Part shown: positions 1-7,499 of the stretch, piece by piece
Numbering within the stretch: position 1 is the stretch's first letter
How the letters are laid out: each line of letters opens with the position of its first letter
The notes under the pieces: model-generated
The model's database searches: none
What the model saw: only the letters and a program-made list of their open reading frames with translations
What the model was told of the DNA's origin: nothing
Assembly (NCBI GenBank): GCA_045863855.1
Contig: BTVV01000163.1
Location: forward strand, 1-11,835
DNA: 11,835 bases
Source: Planctomycetota bacterium
Lineage (GTDB): Bacteria > Planctomycetota > SZUA-567 > H5-PLA8
Reading direction: 5' to 3'
Position numbers and translations under genes: made by a program

Positions 1-55
1 GACCAGCCAGCGTGCGGCGTCGCCGAGCTTGTTGAAGGGCGCGCGGCCCAGGAGG

Positions 56-117
56 TGTCACGGGCCGTGTACTTTCCTGAGTTAGGGGACGTGAAGTCTT
101 ACGAGCCTGGGGGGCCG
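56..117 (+). repeat. IS21 left end with multiple subterminal transposase-binding repeats
   Basis: TG terminus at 56. GGCCGTGTACTTTCCTGAG (63-81) and GGACGTGAAGTCTTACGAG (87-105) match at 12/19 with a 24-bp period, and there is a partial third copy GGCCG at 113. Multiple terminal repeats are characteristic of IS21 ends. Confidence 0.65.
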
Positions 118-206
118 AGCGCGCGGGTGCGCGCGCGGCCTTTCGACAGGCTCGCCAGGGTTGGGCATGCTGCGTTCCCGTGGGGGGCCGTGGCGGAGAC
201 CCGGCC

Positions 207-1493
207 TTGGCTAAACTCGGGAAGGAACAGCTCGTGGCGTTACACGTCATGCATCGGCAGGGCCAGCCCAACACGGCTACGGCCAAGCTCTTGGGCGTTA
301 GCGAAGGAACCGTCCGTTACCACGTCAAGCGCGCCGCAGAAGGCTCCATCGACGGACGCCAGAAGGATCACCTGATCGAACGGTTGGATTTGGAAGAGGT
401 CGTGCGTTCCTGGTGGTCGGCGCAAGCCGAGAGCCTGGGCGCGGACCGGCCACCGAACGTCGAAGCCTTGCACGCGTATCTTCAAGCCGAACACGGCTAC
501 GCGCATTCGTACAAGTCGGTGCTGCGTTACGTGCGGGCTGCTTTCCCGCCGCCCAAGCTTCGCCCGTTCCGGCGGATCGAGACGCCGCCGGGCGCGCAGA
601 CCCAGAGCGATTGGGTCGAGGCGACCGTGGACCTCGGCGACGCAGACGGTCCGGCGAAGCTCTACGGCTTCCTCATGCGCCTCAGCCACAGCCGCAAGAA
701 GGCCTTGGTCTGGAGCCGCCGCAAGGACCAGTTGGCGTGGCTGCACTGCCACAACGAAGCGTACCGCCGGCTGGGCGGCGTGGCGGCCGTCAACCGCGTG
801 GACAACGAGAAGGCCGCCATCGCGCGGGGCGCCGGGCCCTGGGGCCAGATCAACGCCGTCTACCGATCGTATGCCCGGACCTTGAAGTTCCATGTGGACG
901 CCTGCGAACCGCGCTGCCCGCAGCAGAAGGGCAAGGTCGAACGCGGCGCCGGCGACGTGAGGAACCTCGGGCTGGGTGCGCGGCGCTTCGAGTCGCTGGA
1001 AGACTTGCAGCGTCACACCGATCGTGCGCTGGAGGCCGAAGCCTGCCGGCTCGCCTGCCCGGCCACGGGCCAAAGCGTCTGCGCGAGTTGGGAAGCCGAG
1101 CGGGCGTACCTGACTCCGCTGCCGGCGGTCCTGCCCGAGCCGTTCGACCTGGTGAAGTCCGCCCGGCTCCACCACGACTGCACGGTCCGCTTCGAAGGGC
1201 GCACCTACGCGGCGCCTTTCGCGTACCTGGACCGCCGGGTCGAGATCCGCGGCTGTTCGGGCTGCGTGCAGATCGTGGACCCCGCGTCCGGTACGGTGCT
1301 GGTGACGTACCCGCGCCATACCCCGGCCCGGTTGCTGGTGGACGCACGCTGCTACGAGGGCCAGGCCACCGCGCGCGTGGCGGCGCCCAAGCCGCTGGGC
1401 CGGATGAGCCGCAAGCTGTTCGAACTGGCCGCCCAAGGCGTGCAGCGCCGCTCGCTGGAACTCTACGCCGCGCTGGCGGAGGTGGCGCGATGA
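207..1493 (+). CDS. istA: IS21-family DDE transposase IstA
   Basis: N-terminal HTH (TAKLLGVSEGTVRYHV), the motif RRIETPPGAQTQSDW, second Asp in RVDNEK, KGKVER Glu motif and a C-terminal beta-barrel (VRFEGRTYAAP). Start placed at TTG 207 behind GGAG (195-198); the ORF track start is 180. Confidence 0.93.
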   Translation: MAKLGKEQLVALHVMHRQGQPNTATAKLLGVSEGTVRYHVKRAAEGSIDGRQKDHLIERLDLEEVVRSWWSAQAESLGADRPPNVEALHAYLQAEHGYAHSYKSVLRYVRAAFPPPKLRPFRRIETPPGAQTQSDWVEATVDLGDADGPAKLYGFLMRLSHSRKKALVWSRRKDQLAWLHCHNEAYRRLGGVAAVNRVDNEKAAIARGAGPWGQINAVYRSYARTLKFHVDACEPRCPQQKGKVERGAGDVRNLGLGARRFESLEDLQRHTDRALEAEACRLACPATGQSVCASWEAERAYLTPLPAVLPEPFDLVKSARLHHDCTVRFEGRTYAAPFAYLDRRVEIRGCSGCVQIVDPASGTVLVTYPRHTPARLLVDARCYEGQATARVAAPKPLGRMSRKLFELAAQGVQRRSLELYAALAEVAR

Positions 1494-1666
1494 AGATCTA
1501 CCAGACGCGCAAGCTCCTGGCGGCCGGGCTGCTGCCCACGCCCGCGCCGGCCCAGGACGTGGAGGCGCTGCGCCTCCGGCTGGACGCCCTGGACTGGTCG
1601 TGCTGCGCCGAAGCGATCTCCGAATTGCTGACCGACGCGGTCACCCTCTGTTCGGCCTCGCGATGA
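1490..1666 (+). pseudogene. istB: Truncated IstB (IS21 AAA+ helper ATPase), N-terminal ~50 aa only
   Basis: ATG overlaps the istA stop (ATGA 1490-1493). The helical N-terminus DVEALRLRLDALDWSCCAEAISELLTDAV resembles IstB starts, then runs into unrelated TLCSASR-stop. No Walker A/B motifs follow. Confidence 0.75.
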
Positions 1667-1703
1667 GATTTTGCGGAGGACGGAGTCCGTCCATTCCCCG
1701 AAC

Positions 1704-1730
1704 CTGACGCCAAAGTCAGAAAACATTCAG
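1704..1730 (+). promoter_or_regulatory. Candidate CusR/CopR-type response-regulator box
   Basis: CTGAC-GCCAAA-GTCAG palindrome (1704-1719) has the TGAC-N6-GTCA spacing of the CusR box. A further TTCAG half-site lies 11 bp downstream (1726-1730). Located ~70-80 bp upstream of the regulator start. Confidence 0.5.
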
Positions 1731-1770
1731 TAGGTCCGTCGCAACGGGATCTACACAATGGTTGAATTGT

Positions 1771-1776
1771 AGGAGG
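1771..1776 (+). promoter_or_regulatory. Shine-Dalgarno AGGAGG for the response regulator
   Basis: AGGAGG 10 nt upstream of GTG 1787. Confidence 0.7.
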
Positions 1777-1786
1777 AAAAGGCAAG

Positions 1787-2470
1787 GTGCGCATCCTCGT
1801 AGTCGAAGACGAACCTAAAGTCGCGCGAGCTCTGAAGCAGGGTCTCGAAGGCGAACACTACGACGTCGACGTCGCGACCACGGGCGAGGAAGGCTTTTTC
1901 CGCCTCAATGCCGAGACCTTCGACCTGATCGTTCTCGATCTGATGCTTCCCGGCCGCGGCGGGTTGGAGATCCTCTCCACCATGCGTCAGCGCGGCATCC
2001 AGACGCCGGTACTCGTTCTCACCGCGAAGGACGCGGTCGAGGACCGGGTGATCGGTCTGGATGCCGGGGCCGACGACTACTTGGTGAAGCCCTTCGCTTT
2101 CCCGGAACTCGTCGCCAGGATTCGGGCGCTCCTGCGGCGCGGGCGCGCCGACAGCGTGCCGCGACTCATGGCGGCGGACCTGGAGATGGACCTGGTCGCG
2201 AGAACGGCCAGCCGTGGCGGCGAGCCCCTGGACCTCACGCCGCGCGAGTTCGAACTCTTGGAGTACCTTCTGCGCTACCACCGGCAGGTGGTTTCGCGCG
2301 AGATGCTTGCACGGGACGTCTGGAGGGAGATATCCCGCGCGACCCCTCTCGACAACGTCATCGACGTCCACGTCGCGCGATTGCGAAAGAAAGTGGACCA
2401 GGATCGGAAGGTGAAACTCATCCACACGGTTCGTGGCGTGGGCTTTGTCTTGCGGGAGGGTGGAACATGA
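1787..2470 (+). CDS. OmpR/PhoB-family response regulator, heavy-metal (CusR/CopR/CzcR-like) subgroup
   Basis: MRILVVEDE start, phospho-Asp in LIVLDLMLPG, GLDAGADDYLVKPFAF, and a winged helix ending NVIDVHVARLRKKVD...KLIHTVRGVGF. Confidence 0.95.
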   Translation: MRILVVEDEPKVARALKQGLEGEHYDVDVATTGEEGFFRLNAETFDLIVLDLMLPGRGGLEILSTMRQRGIQTPVLVLTAKDAVEDRVIGLDAGADDYLVKPFAFPELVARIRALLRRGRADSVPRLMAADLEMDLVARTASRGGEPLDLTPREFELLEYLLRYHRQVVSREMLARDVWREISRATPLDNVIDVHVARLRKKVDQDRKVKLIHTVRGVGFVLREGGT

Positions 2471-3906
2471 GCCCGCGTCGGTTGCCGAGAAGCATCCGTG
2501 CTCGCTTGACGTTGTGGTACGCCGCCGTGCTTGCCGCGATCCTGCTTGCCTACGCCGGAGGAACCTATCTCTTCCTCCGGCAGAACCTTTACGCGGAGCT
2601 TGACCGGCAACTCCACGACGACATCGAGGCTGTCGAGGAGAGCCTCGAACGGGGCGCGGATGGCGCGATTCGCCGCAGGGATCGCGGCAAGCCGCACCAT
2701 CACGACGAGAACGAATCCGGCGAGCGATGGGTCGAGGTCCTGGATCGGGAGGGGGTGGTGCTCTACCGGGAAGGACCGCCGGAGCCCATTCTCCCATCCG
2801 ACACGGGCGAGGGCCGGAACCTCGGCGCAGGCGGAGTGGAATCCGTCGCTACGGGATCGGGCGCGGTTCTGCGGATTCGCAGCGCCCCGTACCGGATCGG
2901 CGAACTTCCCGTCTCGATCCGGGTGGCCCGCTCGGAGGCCCGCCTGCGCCATGAATTGGGCGAATTCATGGCCGGGATGGGGTTCGGCCTGCCGGTCGCC
3001 GTGCTCCTCGCCTGCGGCGGCGGCTTTTTCCTTGCCGGTCGTGCCTTGAAGCCCGTGGGGAAGATGGCGGCCCAGGCGACAACCATCACGGCCGAGCGCC
3101 TTGGCGAACGCCTTCCCATAGAGAACCCGGACGACGAACTCGGCAAGCTCGGAGCGGTCTTCAACGAGACGTTGGCGCGATTGGAACGGGCATTCGACTC
3201 CCTGCGCCGTTTCACGGCGGACGCGGCCCATGAACTTCGCACTCCCCTCACGGCGCTTCGCAGCGTCGGCGAGGTGGGACTCCGCGAATCCAAGGACGAA
3301 CAGGCCTACCGCGAGGTCATCGGCAGCATGCTCGAGGAGGCGGACCGCCTCACCCGTCTCGTGGAGACGCTGCTTACCCTCTCGCGCGCGGACGGCGGCC
3401 GCATTGAGGTGAGGCCGCAACTTCTGAACCTGAAGCGGTTCGCGCAGGAGATGGCGGACTACCTGGGCGTCCTTGCCGAGGAAAAGAGGCAGCGAGTGCT
3501 TGTCGAAGGGAAGGACGACTTATTCGCCCGATGCGATCCCCTTCTGCTTCGCCAGGCGGCTCTCAACGTCCTCGACAACGCCATCAAATACAGCCCGGAG
3601 GATTCGCAGATCCGTCTCGTGGCGGGCATGGACGCCGGGCAGGCGATAATCGACGTTATCGACCAAGGGCCGGGCATCGAAGCCGAACACCTGAACCGGA
3701 TATTCGACCGCTTCTATCGAGTCGACAAGGCACGTTCGCGGCTCACCGGTGGCGCGGGTCTGGGGCTTTCCATCGCCCAGTGGGCGGTCCAGGCATGCGA
3801 AGGAACGATTGAAGTGGAAAGTAAGGTCGGAGGCGGAAGCCGCTTCCGCCTGCGCTTGCCCGTGTCGAATAATGAAGGCGACGACGTCCAAAACAATCGA
3901 ACATGA
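2467..3906 (+). CDS. Membrane sensor histidine kinase (CusS/CzcS-like; TM-periplasmic-TM-HAMP-HisKA-HATPase)
   Basis: SIRARLTLWY + TM1, TM2, HAMP (ERLPIENPDDELGKL), H-box FTADAAHELRTPL, N-box NVLDNAIKYS, DQGPGI, IFDRFYRVDKARSR and GAGLGLSIA. ATGA overlap with the regulator. Confidence 0.95.
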   Translation: MSPRRLPRSIRARLTLWYAAVLAAILLAYAGGTYLFLRQNLYAELDRQLHDDIEAVEESLERGADGAIRRRDRGKPHHHDENESGERWVEVLDREGVVLYREGPPEPILPSDTGEGRNLGAGGVESVATGSGAVLRIRSAPYRIGELPVSIRVARSEARLRHELGEFMAGMGFGLPVAVLLACGGGFFLAGRALKPVGKMAAQATTITAERLGERLPIENPDDELGKLGAVFNETLARLERAFDSLRRFTADAAHELRTPLTALRSVGEVGLRESKDEQAYREVIGSMLEEADRLTRLVETLLTLSRADGGRIEVRPQLLNLKRFAQEMADYLGVLAEEKRQRVLVEGKDDLFARCDPLLLRQAALNVLDNAIKYSPEDSQIRLVAGMDAGQAIIDVIDQGPGIEAEHLNRIFDRFYRVDKARSRLTGGAGLGLSIAQWAVQACEGTIEVESKVGGGSRFRLRLPVSNNEGDDVQNNRT

Positions 3907-3920
3907 AAAGGAGAACGCAC

Positions 3921-6374
3921 ATGCGCCGTCCGTTACATGCCCCATTCGCCCTGGCAATCATGTTCATGATAGCCGGGGGCGTGTCACCTTCGAGAGGAGA
4001 AGAGCCAACCGTCAAGCTCTCCGCCAACCAAGCCGTACGCGCCTACGTCACCAACTTTGGGGGAGACGGCGTGTCGGTCATCGATCCGTCGTCCAAGTCT
4101 CTTGTGGCGCACGTGCGGACGGGTACTAAGCCTCACGGTGTCGCCATCGCACCTGATGGCACCGCCGTCTACGTCTCCAACGAAGGGGACGGCACGGTGT
4201 CCTTCCTCGATCCTAGAAGAAACGAGGTCGCCACCACCGTCGAGGTCGGGAAAATGCCGAACCAGCTCGAGGTTTCCGCCGATGGACGTCATCTTTTCGT
4301 GACGCTGAACGGGCAGGGTGCGCTCGCCGTTCTCGACGTGCAACAAAAGAAGGTTGCCAAGGTTCTTCCCGTCGGCCGAGCACCGCACATCGCGTTACGC
4401 AGCCCGGATGGCTCGCACATCTACGTGACCAGCGAAGGAGACATGAAGGTAGTGGTGGTCGACGCCCGGAGTTGGGAGGTGACCGCCGAGGTTCCCTTGC
4501 TGGCGTTCCCGCGCGTCCTCGCCGCCACATCCGATGGGCGCAAGCTCTATCAGACCATCCGCTGGCTGAACGGCGCGCTGGTGATCGATTTGGAGAAGAA
4601 GGAGGTTGTGGATCGAATTGCCCTCGGAGAGCCCGTGTTCGCGTCCCAAGGGAAAGACGCTCACGGCCTGGGCGTAACCCCCGATGGCTCACGCCTTTGG
4701 ATCACCACGCAAACCACCAACTCGATCACCGTCATCGACACGGCCACCCACAAGGTCAAAGACCGAATCGAGGTCGGCAAAGACCCGAACTGGATCGGTT
4801 TCACTCCTGACGGCCGTCTTGCTGTGATCAGCAATACCGGCTCGAACGACGTCAGCGTCGTGGACGTAGCCAAACGGAAGGTGGTCGGCACCGTCTCCGT
4901 GGGACGGTCTCCGAAGCGCCTTGCAGTCGGTGTCGTTGTCGTCGGAGAGGGGCTCGGCCACGCGCTTCCACGGTTGGAGTCATCGCCCGTCGCCGATGCC
5001 CCGACCATCGACGGAAGGGCCGACGATGCGGCCTGGCGGGATGCGCGGTCTGTTGAGGTACAGGCGCGCGTCGTCTGGCCGAAGACGGAGAACCGTAGCG
5101 TCCCGGTAACCATCAAATCCGTGCGCACGAAGGAGGATATCTGTTTCCTCATCCGCTGGAAGGACGAGACCAGGGACGATAAGGCGCACAAACCCTGGAT
5201 CTGGAACGCGGAGAAAGAAAGTTACGAAACAGGGCCGGAGCGCGAGGACATGTTCGCTCTTGCCTTCGAGCATACCGGCGTCTTCAGCGGCCACATGCTC
5301 TCGGGTGACCCGGCGGTGTGGGACATCTGGCACTGGAAGGCGACGCGGACCAACCCGCAGGGCCAGGCCATGGACAAGACCCACCACTACACGCTGGAGA
5401 AGCCCGATGGGAAGGCCAACTCGTACCCGGCCCTGAACGGGAAGACGATCTGGATCGCCCGGCCGGAGGACGCCGGGGATACTGCCGAAAAGAAGCAACC
5501 CGCGCCGAAGGAACATCGAGGTGATCGCGTTCCGCAGTACCTTCCGGGGACGCCCAACGGAAGCGCGGCGGATGTGAGCGCTAAAGGGGATTGGGCCGGC
5601 GGTTGGTGGACGCTTGAACTCAAACGGAAACTCGATACCGGGCATGCGGACGACACGGCGTTCGATCCGGCGCGGGCCTATCGCATGGCGGTGTCCGTCC
5701 ACGACCGTACGGGAGACATGGACAAGGCTTCGGGGGTGATCGAACTCGTCTTCGTTCCCGCCTCGTCCGAGCGGCATGGCACCCGTACTCGTAAATGGCC
5801 GTTCGACGACGATACCGTCGGTCGGTTGCCGGAAGGCTGGAAAGCGGAAGGCACGAACCAACGCGGGTCCGTGGCGACCTGGATGGTCAGGGCGGACGAG
5901 AATGCCGCTTCGAAGCCGAACGTCCTCGCGCTCACGGACACGAAGGAAGGTGCGGGCGGCACCTTCAATCTCTGTTGGAGCGACCGTGTGAAGTTCCAGG
6001 ACGGCGTGATCGAGGTGAAGATCAAGGCGGGGACGGGCCGCGAAGACCAGGGAGGCGGCCCCATCTGGCGGGTCCAGGATAAGGACAACTACTACGTCGC
6101 GCGCTGGAACCCTCTGGAGGGCAACTTCCGCCTTTACTACGTCAAGGACGGCCGCCGCGTCCAGCTCGATAGCGCCGACCTGGATGCCGATCCGGCGAAA
6201 TGGCACACGATCCGAGTAGAGCAGAAGGGCGACGAGATCAAGTGTTCCCTCGACGGAAAGGAACTCTTGAGGGTCCAGGACAAGACGCTTTCTGAAACAG
6301 GAGGCGTGGGCCTCTGGACAAAGGCGGACGCGGCCACCTCTTTCGATGATCTGGCTGTTGATCCCAAGCGTTGA
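3921..6374 (+). CDS. Exported multidomain protein: signal peptide + 7-bladed YVTN/YncE beta-propeller (~4035-4928) + ethylbenzene-dehydrogenase-gamma-like heme-b DOMON domain (~4970-5757) + DUF1080-like jelly roll (~5793-6371)
   Basis: Seven ~42-aa repeats (YVTN...VSVID...P.G...PDG). EB_dh-type motifs APTIDG..DD.AW, FLIRWKD, EDMFALAF, DIWHWKA and WTLELKRKLDTG. C-terminal DNYYVAR.N.LE and GLWTKADA..FDDL. Start at ATG 3921 (SD AAGGAG 3908-3913) or ATG 3903 (overlaps the kinase stop). Confidence 0.85.
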   Translation: MRRPLHAPFALAIMFMIAGGVSPSRGEEPTVKLSANQAVRAYVTNFGGDGVSVIDPSSKSLVAHVRTGTKPHGVAIAPDGTAVYVSNEGDGTVSFLDPRRNEVATTVEVGKMPNQLEVSADGRHLFVTLNGQGALAVLDVQQKKVAKVLPVGRAPHIALRSPDGSHIYVTSEGDMKVVVVDARSWEVTAEVPLLAFPRVLAATSDGRKLYQTIRWLNGALVIDLEKKEVVDRIALGEPVFASQGKDAHGLGVTPDGSRLWITTQTTNSITVIDTATHKVKDRIEVGKDPNWIGFTPDGRLAVISNTGSNDVSVVDVAKRKVVGTVSVGRSPKRLAVGVVVVGEGLGHALPRLESSPVADAPTIDGRADDAAWRDARSVEVQARVVWPKTENRSVPVTIKSVRTKEDICFLIRWKDETRDDKAHKPWIWNAEKESYETGPEREDMFALAFEHTGVFSGHMLSGDPAVWDIWHWKATRTNPQGQAMDKTHHYTLEKPDGKANSYPALNGKTIWIARPEDAGDTAEKKQPAPKEHRGDRVPQYLPGTPNGSAADVSAKGDWAGGWWTLELKRKLDTGHADDTAFDPARAYRMAVSVHDRTGDMDKASGVIELVFVPASSERHGTRTRKWPFDDDTVGRLPEGWKAEGTNQRGSVATWMVRADENAASKPNVLALTDTKEGAGGTFNLCWSDRVKFQDGVIEVKIKAGTGREDQGGGPIWRVQDKDNYYVARWNPLEGNFRLYYVKDGRRVQLDSADLDADPAKWHTIRVEQKGDEIKCSLDGKELLRVQDKTLSETGGVGLWTKADAATSFDDLAVDPKR

Positions 6375-6399
6375 TGGGAAAAGAACATAGGAAATCCTT

Positions 6400-7488
6400 A
6401 TGACGAGCCATGCCGCAGGCAGGGTGGCCATACTCTGGCCTGGCAATCGGGAAGCGAGGCGAAGCGCAGACTTGGCCGCAAGCCGCTATCGCGGGGTCGC
6501 CCAGGCACTCCAAGCGGCAGGTCTTTCGGCCGGACCGGCCGTGTACGCCGATGAGTTCGCCGACGAAGTCCGCGAGCAGCTGGTCAGGGTCGACGGCGTG
6601 CTGGTGTGGGTCAATCCCATCGAGGCCGGACGCGACCGCTCGTCCTTGGACGCCATGCTCCGGGTGGTGGCCGCCGCCGGGGTCTTTGTCAGCGCCCACC
6701 CGGACGCGATCCTGAAGATGGGCACCAAGGAGGTTCTGTACCGCACACGCGGAATCGGCTGGGGAAGCGACGTCGACCTCTACGCCACCCTGGAGGATCT
6801 GAGGATAAGGCTTCCCGTGCGGCTCGCGCGCGGCGCGGCGCGCGTGCTGAAGCAGTATCGCGGTAACGGAGGGAACGGTGTCTGGAGAATCGAACGCGCC
6901 GACGACGATGCGGAGGGTGCGAAGGTCCGTCCGGAAGACATGTCCGTACGCGTTCGCCACGCCCTGCGGGGCTGTGTCGAGGAGCGTGTGCGGCTCGGAG
7001 AATTCATCGCCCGCTGCGAAGCGTACTTTCATGGAGCCGGACGCATGATCGACCAGGCGTATCAAGGGCGTCTCGCGGAGGGCATGATCCGTTGCTACCT
7101 CGTCCACGACAAGGTCGAGGGGTTCGGCTTCCAGGCGATCAACGCCCTTTATCCCGCGCCTCCCGGTTCGCCGCCGGAGGACGCGCCGCCTCCCGGACCG
7201 CGCCTGTATTACCCGCCGGACAAGCCAGAGTTCCAGGCGCTCAAGAGGCGACTGGAAGACGAGTGGGTTCCGGCCCTGTTGCGCCAACTCCAACTTGAGG
7301 CGCGGACCCTGCCGGTGATCTGGGACGCGGATTTCCTCTACGGGCCCAAGGACGCGTCAGGCCTGGACACGTATGTCCTGTGCGAGATCAACGTCAGTTC
7401 GGTTTTCCCATTCCCGGACAGCGCCTTGCCCGCCTTGGCGCAGGCGACTCGTTCCGCCGTGCAGAACTATCGAGCGAGGCCGTCATGA
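6400..7488 (+). CDS. Cj0069-family ATP-grasp-like cytoplasmic protein
   Basis: Motifs DGVLVWVNPI, VSAHPDAILKMGTKEVL, RVLKQYRGNGGNGVW, PVIWDADFLYG and YVLCEINVSSV (ATP-grasp-type E-x-N metal motif). No signal peptide. Confidence 0.8.
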   Translation: MTSHAAGRVAILWPGNREARRSADLAASRYRGVAQALQAAGLSAGPAVYADEFADEVREQLVRVDGVLVWVNPIEAGRDRSSLDAMLRVVAAAGVFVSAHPDAILKMGTKEVLYRTRGIGWGSDVDLYATLEDLRIRLPVRLARGAARVLKQYRGNGGNGVWRIERADDDAEGAKVRPEDMSVRVRHALRGCVEERVRLGEFIARCEAYFHGAGRMIDQAYQGRLAEGMIRCYLVHDKVEGFGFQAINALYPAPPGSPPEDAPPPGPRLYYPPDKPEFQALKRRLEDEWVPALLRQLQLEARTLPVIWDADFLYGPKDASGLDTYVLCEINVSSVFPFPDSALPALAQATRSAVQNYRARPS

Positions 7489-7499
7489 AAGGAACCTTT

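Larger units (their letters stand above)
56..1642 (+). mobile_element. IS21-family insertion sequence, right-truncated (left end + istA + 5' part of istB; no right end)
   Basis: Begins TGTCA at 56 with subterminal repeats, followed by an istA-like DDE gene overlapping (ATGA) an istB-like start. Similarity to IstB stops near 1642 and no inverted copy of the left end was seen. Confidence 0.85.

Noticed and set aside
22..33. 12-bp GCCGAGCTTGTT is the exact reverse complement of 11375-11386, suggesting terminal inverted repeats around the whole region
   Set aside because: Several 12-mer inverted matches are expected by chance in 11.8 kb of GC-rich DNA; the match does not extend and lies outside the IS end.
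1..55. Minus-strand frame LLGRAPFNKLGDAARWLV, possibly a gene interrupted by the IS
   Set aside because: Too short to assign to any family from this window.
240..1436. Long alternative-frame and antisense ORFs (e.g. 240-1436 -, 413-1666 +, 1751-2797 -, 2275-3420 -, 4980-6446 -, 6238-7293 -, 8401-9555 +)
   Set aside because: Shadow ORFs typical of high-GC coding DNA, Arg/Pro/Gly-rich without motifs, overlapping well-supported genes. Only the 3' tips of 413-1666 (istB) and 8401-9555 (mini-ORF) are retained.
1649..1655. TGTTCGG occurs near both module junctions (1649-1655 and 9795-9801), like a target-site duplication
   Set aside because: Only 7 bp and offset from the inferred breakpoints. The flanks (istB and rhs) are not two halves of one gene, so this is not a simple insertion.
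1675..1735. Possible fluoride or other riboswitch upstream of the regulator (GGAGGACGGAGTCCGTCC...hairpin)
   Set aside because: It lacks the downstream pseudoknot partner and conserved 3' motif of the crcB aptamer; DNA operator dyads explain it better.
4035..4928. Periodic sequence similarity that might be a DNA repeat array or CRISPR
   Set aside because: The periodicity is ~42 codons at protein level (propeller blades); there are no identical DNA repeats with spacers and no cas genes.
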